Positions 58,147 through 64,000 of a stretch of DNA of 64,000 nt are shown here, one piece after another. This DNA comes from a virus. The DNA lies in the IMG/VR virus record IMGVR_UViG_3300028666_000032, positions 5,879 through 69,878 of that record; one strand, 5' to 3'. A program made the translations under genes and the position numbers. The notes below the pieces were generated by a model. The model worked only from the letters and a program-made list of their open reading frames with translations. It searched no databases and was not told the DNA's origin. How positions within the stretch are numbered: position 1 is the first letter of the stretch; each line of letters starts with the position of its first letter.

Positions 58147-59024
58147 ATGGGGCCTCCAAACTTAAACGCGTCCTTAAATCTGTACTTGGGAATGTCGTTG
58201 AATTTCGGCTTCATGCCATCCAACAGCTTCTTATCTGTCACTTGCTTGGCTGCGGCCTTGGCGTCCTCTACCTGCTTTTTCTCGGCGGCACGGGCATTGG
58301 CCTTGTGGGCATTCGAGAAAACATCAGCCATCGATGAGCCATTTTAAAATGAAGCCGCCGCCAATCAGGAAGGCGAACCAAAGTGCAGCCTCGAAAAATG
58401 ATACTTTCTTGGTTCTCGCTGGCATTTCAATCGATGCTCCGTATCAGCAAAATCACGATAACCACCAGAAGAACAATCGCTCCCCAGCAAACTCGACCCG
58501 AGAGCTTGCTACTCATAGCTCACTCCCGTCAGTCTGAATGAGGGTCTGTTCTTCAGGCACCGCGCCATCATCCAAACACATGCCGGAAATGTAACCTAAG
58601 CATTTTGACGGTTCGACCACACGGCTGCGCGGTGGAACGACCACCAAGATAATTATGACCAATGCGCAAGTAAGATACCGCACGTTCACCGCCTGAGGTT
58701 ACTGCACCCCGCCGTCATTAGGTTGTTCGAAATTGTGAACAGCAGTCTTGAAGGACTCGCGGAAATACGCGCCGAGGGTGATGAGAAGAACCAACGCCAA
58801 TGCGCCAATCAGGATTTGTTCTGTTATGGTTGTTTTCATCCCGCGCCGCCGTTCTTGGAGTCGGGATAGGTGTATTCGGCCTTCAGACTACCGAGAAAGT
58901 CTTCAGTGGCAGCAAGGGCTTCAAACTCAAGCTTTTGGGCTTCGTTGATAACACCCTTGTCCTTCGCTAACTGCAGGAGCAGAGGGATCGCAGTCTCAAG
59001 TGCGAATGTAGCCAGCGGCGGCAT

Positions 59025-59390
59025 TCACGGAGTGCCAGCCGGAGTGGCAGATGCATCTGGCGTAGGGCTTGCTGCGGGCTTTAGGGCGTTTGCAGCGAGG
59101 TTCAATGCCGACATTACCTCTTGCTGCGAAAAGGCCAATTCCTGAGCTTGTGCCTTGGCATAGACATCCTTGCCAGCAGCTACGAACGAGGCCGTCGTAA
59201 ATCCGCCAGCGGCTACATCGACGGCTGCGGTTTCGACCAAGCCAGTTAAAATCGCACCTTCTGCTGTTTTAGCCTTGGCAACGAAATCGCGGAGCCATAC
59301 AGGCATCCCGCTCCACCAATCCGTCAAACGCTTCTCAACACCAGCAGCATCGAGGTTCTTAATGTCTTGCAGGATAAGTTCGATGCTCAT
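59025..59390 (-). CDS. hypothetical protein (lysis module)
   Basis: Ala-rich ORF downstream of the holin-like gene. Confidence 0.5.
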   Translation of the reverse strand: MSIELILQDIKNLDAAGVEKRLTDWWSGMPVWLRDFVAKAKTAEGAILTGLVETAAVDVAAGGFTTASFVAAGKDVYAKAQAQELAFSQQEVMSALNLAANALKPAASPTPDASATPAGTP

Positions 59391-59403
59391 AGGATTTCGC
59401 TTT

Positions 59404-59724
59404 CTAAGATGTGGGTTGATCGGGCTTCTTCGGAACGATGACAGCCACGGTTTCCGGCTGAGCGATAAGTCGGTGAACAAAACTGTAGACTGGCGCCAGG
59501 ACAGCCATTATGGCCGCAACACCGTTTATGATTGAAAGCGCTCCATCGGCTGCCTGGTTTACGCCTTGCGCGATCTGCTGCTGAGAATTTGGGTCAACCT
59601 GATGGCCACTCATCAGGGAATAGGCGACAAAGCCCGCACAAACAAATCCGACAACATTCCCACGCACAACGTTGGATTTCACGAGTGCAGTTAGATTGAT
59701 GTTTTTCCAGTCAAGGCCGCTCAT
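59404..59724 (-). CDS. holin-like membrane protein
   Basis: Two hydrophobic segments; preceded by TTGTAC-N18-TATAAT. Confidence 0.55.
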   Translation of the reverse strand: MSGLDWKNINLTALVKSNVVRGNVVGFVCAGFVAYSLMSGHQVDPNSQQQIAQGVNQAADGALSIINGVAAIMAVLAPVYSFVHRLIAQPETVAVIVPKKPDQPTS

Positions 59725-59780
59725 GGTCGCTCCGCATAAAGATTATATGCACAATTGCTAGTTGCGTACAATAGCCGCAA

Positions 59781-60122
59781 TCACTTTCCCTTCCTCAGTA
59801 ACTCCCTGATATCCCTCAGGGCCTCTGTAGTCGCCTCTTGCTGATCGCCCATTTTCGTCATTGTGAGCAGCATGTTTTGTTGAATTGTCTGCATTTTATC
59901 GATGTGATCGTCCTGAGCCTTGCGGGACTCGCTAAAGGACGCGAACCGCTCATCGGTCCGAGCCCTGTCGGCATTAACTTGGGTGTAAAATGCCGAGCCG
60001 AACCAGATTACGGCTACAAGCTGTGTGAAATTGATGAAGGTCGCCGGGCCAACCTTCTTATCGAGGCCCCATTTCTTGCCGCTGGCATCTTCGACTTGCT
60101 GCCGTTTTGCCATTTTTACCAT
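59781..60122 (-). CDS. membrane-anchored coiled-coil protein (holin/hemolysin-like)
   Basis: One TM segment followed by a coiled coil. Confidence 0.5.
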   Translation of the reverse strand: MVKMAKRQQVEDASGKKWGLDKKVGPATFINFTQLVAVIWFGSAFYTQVNADRARTDERFASFSESRKAQDDHIDKMQTIQQNMLLTMTKMGDQQEATTEALRDIRELLRKGK

Positions 60123-60258
60123 CCGTTAGCCAAAGCAATCTGACATGTGTTTTTAGTGCCTTCCTTGACACAGACAAGGCGAAGATTGGGAATAAGCGCG
60201 ACAGCCTCAAAAATCATGGCTATGAAAACGGCGAGGCTGATGAGGAAGAGGGCGAGCT

Positions 60259-60966
60259 TCATTGCCCGTACCTCACTTGGGGGTAAGGTTGGACGGGGGC
60301 ATGAGCCTGAAATGCCGGACTACCGTTCACGGTTTGCGCGTAATGTGATGGCCCCCAATCAGGCTCGGCAGTTCCGATTCCAAGGAGAGGGGTGTAAACC
60401 AGCAGACTTGTAGGGCTTACCTCCAAAGGACTGGAGCCTTGTGCAACAGCCGTGATTTCATTGGCTGAAAGAACGCGGTTCCATACTGCAAATTCTGCCA
60501 TTCCCGCATTTACCGTCTGAGAACTTCCCGTTAGTTGACCTATTCTATAATTAGCTGTTGGATTGGGAGTAAATGCGCCGTGAGTGCCTACGGAAACGGC
60601 ATTTGCATAAACCGTCTCGCCTGCAGAGGAATAAGTAAAAACTAAATTTACCCATTTCCCGCTTGTAAATACGCCAGTATCAGAAACTATTACGCGGTTT
60701 TCCGGGCTAACGAATCCACAATAAATTTTGTTATCGCTAAATCTTTGGCAAGAAGGTTCGAAGGTTGTCCCAAATGTCCAGAACTCACGAACCGAGCTAT
60801 CGCCTGAGTTCCAGTTCGGTCTAATCCATACAGAAATCGTTCCTGCCGATGGTGCGGTTAGCCCGGAAGAGGATATATTTTGGCTGTTGGTAACGAAGGC
60901 ACGCGCCGCCCAAGCCGAGGCTGGCACTAGACACAATATCAAAGCGAGGATTAGGAAACGCTTCAT
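60259..60966 (-). CDS. LamG/ConA-like jellyroll protein with signal peptide
   Basis: MKRFLILALILCLVPASAWA; TISVWIRP, WVNLVFTY and MAEFAVWNRVLSANEI. Confidence 0.8.
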   Translation of the reverse strand: MKRFLILALILCLVPASAWAARAFVTNSQNISSSGLTAPSAGTISVWIRPNWNSGDSSVREFWTFGTTFEPSCQRFSDNKIYCGFVSPENRVIVSDTGVFTSGKWVNLVFTYSSAGETVYANAVSVGTHGAFTPNPTANYRIGQLTGSSQTVNAGMAEFAVWNRVLSANEITAVAQGSSPLEVSPTSLLVYTPLLGIGTAEPDWGPSHYAQTVNGSPAFQAHAPVQPYPQVRYGQ

Positions 60967-61268
60967 GGCGCAGGCCCCTCAGTCGGAGCAGGCGCAGGCG
61001 GCGGCTCACGGTAAGGAAGGAACCAGCTTGCTGCGGCTGCAATCTGATCTGATGAAAGCGACGCTAGTTCGCCTGTCAAACCAGCCTTGATTGCTGCAAT
61101 AAACGGAGTTGGATCAGTAGTCCCAAGCGGGAGATTTTGATCGAGGATTTCAGCGAAGGATACAAGATCAGTCGATTGAACGTGCGCAGTCGCGTTCGTT
61201 TGCACGAACAGAAAGTCATCAAGAAGCTGGCCCGTTTTAGTAAAGTCGATGGTCATAGTTAACGCCAT
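60963..61268 (-). CDS. hypothetical protein
   Basis: Coupled between two fibre-like genes. Confidence 0.5.
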   Translation of the reverse strand: MALTMTIDFTKTGQLLDDFLFVQTNATAHVQSTDLVSFAEILDQNLPLGTTDPTPFIAAIKAGLTGELASLSSDQIAAAASWFLPYREPPPAPAPTEGPAP

Positions 61269-62521
61269 TCCATTATCAGATTCGTCGAGAGTATTTGCGC
61301 CAGCGTGTAGCCAGAAGGCGTGAAGGTTACAGCTCCCGCAATGATATGATCAGCGACCGGGGTTGCAGTCAGAGGTGTGCATGTCTGCACATAGTTGTCA
61401 GCCGCGGTCCAAGTGATGCTTGTCCCGGTTTCCGAGTTAAAGACAGTTGCGCCCACGCTTGCGGTATTGTTGACGGCAATGTCAGCATCGCTCACGGTGT
61501 ATTTGACCGCGCCGCTAGTGGCATTCGCTTGTTGAAGCGTACAGAGATTGAGGGTTCCTGTGGCAGGAAGAGTTGGCGGCATCTTGAAGCGGTAGCGAAG
61601 ACTTGCCGTGGTCGTCATGCTGGCTGCCGTTCCCCAGCTCGGAGAACCAACCGCAACTGCGCCCGTCGCTGTGCTGTCGAAATATGTATAGGGAAAGACC
61701 GTTCCGCTTGTGTCGGTTGTGGTAACACTGAGAGGCTGAAGCACGGGCGTGAACGCTGCGCCGCAGCCAACACAAGTGCCAGTCACTGTTAAATTCCCGG
61801 TTGTCGTCGTTCCGGAAATAGCGGCATTCGTCGCTTTGAGAGTTGTCGTATTATCCGTTGTGCTTGTGATTGTCGTAACCAGCGCATTGCCGCCAAGGAT
61901 CTGAGCCGAGCTAAGCGTGGTCGTGCCCGTCAGGCTGGCGTTCGAGCCGTTGATCGTTGCGCCCGTGACTGTGGTGGCCGTGAGTGTGGTCAGCGTGGCA
62001 TTACCAGCGCCAATCTGAGCCGTGCCGAGCGTGGTCGTGCCGGAGAGCGAGGCGTTGCCATTGACCGTTAGTGACGTTGATGTAAGGCCGAGCGAACTCA
62101 GGAGGCCGGTCGATGGGTTGTAGGTAAGGGGCGAAGCAGGATCGACATAGATCGTACTAACGGATGCCCCGGTTCCGGTTGAGAATAACGGCTGAAAGTT
62201 TGTGTTGCCGCTTGTGGCCGTAACGGCAAGAGAACCTCCGCCCGAGGATGTTGCGCTTAGAACGCCAGTATTTGAAACCGCGAGACCGCTGCCGACAACA
62301 ACGCCACCCAACCTCGTGGTTGTCGCATTCAATAACGAATATGAGCCAGTTGTGGTGATTGTGGCGGGAGAAGCGGACAGGCCTGTTCCTGCCGTAAGGC
62401 TTGTTACAGATCCCGAACCACCCCCACCTCCTCCCGGAGAAGGACCAACCGTCTGGGCATCAGCCGTTGCCGCAAAACCTAGCCCTGCCAGGAGCGCAAA
62501 TGTGGCGAGTAAGGCTCTCAT
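61259..62521 (-). CDS. Thr/Gly-rich fibre-like protein with signal peptide
   Basis: MRALLATFALLAGLGFAATADA-Q; SVTSLTAGTGLS, ATTTRLGGVVVGSGLAV and LTYNPSTGLL fibre motifs. Confidence 0.7.
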   Translation of the reverse strand: MRALLATFALLAGLGFAATADAQTVGPSPGGGGGGSGSVTSLTAGTGLSASPATITTTGSYSLLNATTTRLGGVVVGSGLAVSNTGVLSATSSGGGSLAVTATSGNTNFQPLFSTGTGASVSTIYVDPASPLTYNPSTGLLSSLGLTSTSLTVNGNASLSGTTTLGTAQIGAGNATLTTLTATTVTGATINGSNASLTGTTTLSSAQILGGNALVTTITSTTDNTTTLKATNAAISGTTTTGNLTVTGTCVGCGAAFTPVLQPLSVTTTDTSGTVFPYTYFDSTATGAVAVGSPSWGTAASMTTTASLRYRFKMPPTLPATGTLNLCTLQQANATSGAVKYTVSDADIAVNNTASVGATVFNSETGTSITWTAADNYVQTCTPLTATPVADHIIAGAVTFTPSGYTLAQILSTNLIMEWR

Positions 62522-62530
62522 GGAAATCCC

Positions 62531-62911
62531 CTATTGGAAATTGGCAGCAAAAGCGTCCCCGGATGTGCCTGTGATGCAAACTTCGTCGTTCAGAACAATT
62601 GTTCCGACGTTGCAATTCATCGACTGGCCGGGGATGAGCGTAAATGACCCTGCTTTTGTCGCCGCAGAACAATTGGCGCTGTTCGTGGCGTCGAAATAAA
62701 CCCACATCGTATCCGTGCTAGTATTCGTGCCTTGATTTTGGATAGCGCAGCCACTGCGGGCGCCGTTCTTGACCTGAATAGTCTGGAAAGTTCCAGTCGA
62801 CGCTATGGTGGTGGATAGATTGCCGCTCGGGAGTGCGAGAGGAGACACATAAGCCGCCGCCAAGGCGGGCGCGCACACGAAAAGACACAAGAGGCCGAGA
62901 AGAATGCGCAT
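62531..62911 (-). CDS. secreted Cys-containing beta protein
   Basis: MRILLGLLCLFVCAPALA signal; four Cys in the mature part. Confidence 0.65.
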   Translation of the reverse strand: MRILLGLLCLFVCAPALAAAYVSPLALPSGNLSTTIASTGTFQTIQVKNGARSGCAIQNQGTNTSTDTMWVYFDATNSANCSAATKAGSFTLIPGQSMNCNVGTIVLNDEVCITGTSGDAFAANFQ

Positions 62912-62935
62912 GACGACTTCCTCGATGAAGATCGA

Positions 62936-62981
62936 CTGCGCAATCAGCCGTGGAAGGGCCTAGTAACCCTGCCGCATTATA
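62936..62981 (-). promoter_or_regulatory. late leader element copy 3 with TATAAT -10
   Basis: Minus strand TATAAT-GCGGCAGGG-TTACTAG-GCCCTTCCACG-GCTGATTGCGCAG, 25 nt before ATG 62911. Confidence 0.7.
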
Positions 62982-63021
62982 TAGATATACTTGAGCCCGT
63001 TCAATCTCCGTTTGCTCCGGG

Positions 63022-63294
63022 TTATACGCCGTCTTTATGCACCGGCTGGGGATACCCATCATCATCGTAGCATTTAAGACCAGCGAGGCCGCAGAGCGGG
63101 AACTCTATGCCGGCGGCGTTCATATATTCAACTGCGAATGCTAAGCCGAGGAACCCCACAAATGGCAAGAATGCGGGGCCGCCTGAGCCAGCCACGCCAG
63201 CGTAATAATCAGGTGGATACACAACCTGAGCTTCAGATTTCAGGGGTGCAAACGCCAATAGGGCAACTACACTCAACACCAGAAGTTTCTTCAT
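63022..63294 (-). CDS. small exported/membrane protein
   Basis: MKKLLVLSVVALLAFAPLKSEA signal with an AAGGAG RBS. Confidence 0.55.
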   Translation of the reverse strand: MKKLLVLSVVALLAFAPLKSEAQVVYPPDYYAGVAGSGGPAFLPFVGFLGLAFAVEYMNAAGIEFPLCGLAGLKCYDDDGYPQPVHKDGV

Positions 63295-63338
63295 GCTTCG
63301 TCTCCTTCTTCTTGGCGCGAAACCGTCGCGCGCGGCCT

Positions 63339-64000
63339 TTAGTGACAACATGTGGCAACTGCATTGACGGAACCACCACCACTTTTTGCTGTGCAGACGT
63401 TCGAGCCGCTATCCCATGCACCAATGCATGTGTTGCCGTTGGGATTACAGCCACATCCAGAAAGCGTATATCCGCCCGCGCAGGTGGCGGTGTCAGTTGA
63501 CGAGCCCGCGCCGGTCACTTGCGTGCAGCTCGTAAAGCCGGTTGAGAGAACGGAGCCGTTCACATAGAGGGTTGGAAGATTAAGAGTTCCAGGGCCTTTG
63601 TCGCCACCGGTCGGAGAGCCAATGGTTACGCCACCGTCGTTCCCGATTGCCACTGCTCCAGACCCACTTGTGGATAAAAGCAGTGCATTTGCAGTGGGTG
63701 AGGAAAGGCCGTTTACCGGCGCAGCCGAGGTTGACGTGATGCCGATGGCTCCGCCGACATCCAGATAATCTGCGGGTGTTGTATTGTTAATCCCTACTTT
63801 GCTGGAGGCAGTCACATACAGAGCATCATTCCCATTAGCTTCGAGAGCAACAGCGTTCGTGGCAGGCGAATGAAGGCCTGTTTTACCAGCTGATGTCGCC
63901 TGCGTGGTGCCGAGGTAGTAGGCCTGAGCCGAAGGCGTCGAGGTATAAGATGGTGTCGCGGACCCGCTTGTACCGTTATTGAGGATAGACCACTCCCCGG
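63339..64000 (-). CDS. tail fibre-like protein with Cys-rich C-terminus (runs off the right edge)
   Basis: Frame is open to 64000; KVGINNTTP..LDV.G fibre motif; C-terminal CAGGYTLSGCGC...C...C...ATCCH. Confidence 0.65.
   Translation of the reverse strand, partial: GEWSILNNGTSGSATPSYTSTPSAQAYYLGTTQATSAGKTGLHSPATNAVALEANGNDALYVTASSKVGINNTTPADYLDVGGAIGITSTSAAPVNGLSSPTANALLLSTSGSGAVAIGNDGGVTIGSPTGGDKGPGTLNLPTLYVNGSVLSTGFTSCTQVTGAGSSTDTATCAGGYTLSGCGCNPNGNTCIGAWDSGSNVCTAKSGGGSVNAVATCCH

Noticed and set aside
58162-58178. Possible CtrA box
   Set aside because: TTAA-N8-TTAA does not fit TTAA-N7-TTAA, and it lies inside an ORF.
60259-64000. Diversity-generating retroelement or shufflon acting on fibre genes
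   Set aside because: No reverse transcriptase, TR/VR pair or inverted alternative C-termini were seen, and the recombinase is far from the fibre genes.

Overview
The window is most of the genome of a tailed (siphovirus-like) dsDNA phage, probably infecting an alphaproteobacterium: it has RcGTA-type DUF2460/DUF2163 tail genes, GcrA-like and SciP-like genes and a tRNA-Thr att fragment. Minus strand 1-22 kb carries terminase, a portal-gpF fusion, protease, capsid, fibre-like, head-tail and tail genes. 22-30 kb has regulators and replication genes (YdaU-like, DnaB). Plus strand 30-34 kb has recombination genes. 52-56 kb has xis/int remnants and an attP-like tRNA fragment. Minus strand 56-64 kb has lysis genes and secreted fibre-like genes, whose order suggests a circularly permuted genome. 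The standout feature is a serine recombinase gene (35545-36207) followed directly by about 13 kb of small, unrelated, translationally coupled ORFs. About 50 of these carry the same 11-nt motif (consensus NCWSAWACSAC, read as [P/T/S][Q/E/D/H/K]TT) in a fixed frame a few codons after the start, with conserved synonymous positions. The array runs into a decapitated second recombinase. I interpret it as a candidate integron-like gene-cassette array whose recombination site lies in frame inside the 5' end of each gene. Also notable: a three-copy structured late-leader element, virion-module fibre-like proteins with Sec signal peptides, and a possible -1 frameshift defence-like cassette. All family assignments are from motif recognition by eye; no searches were run.
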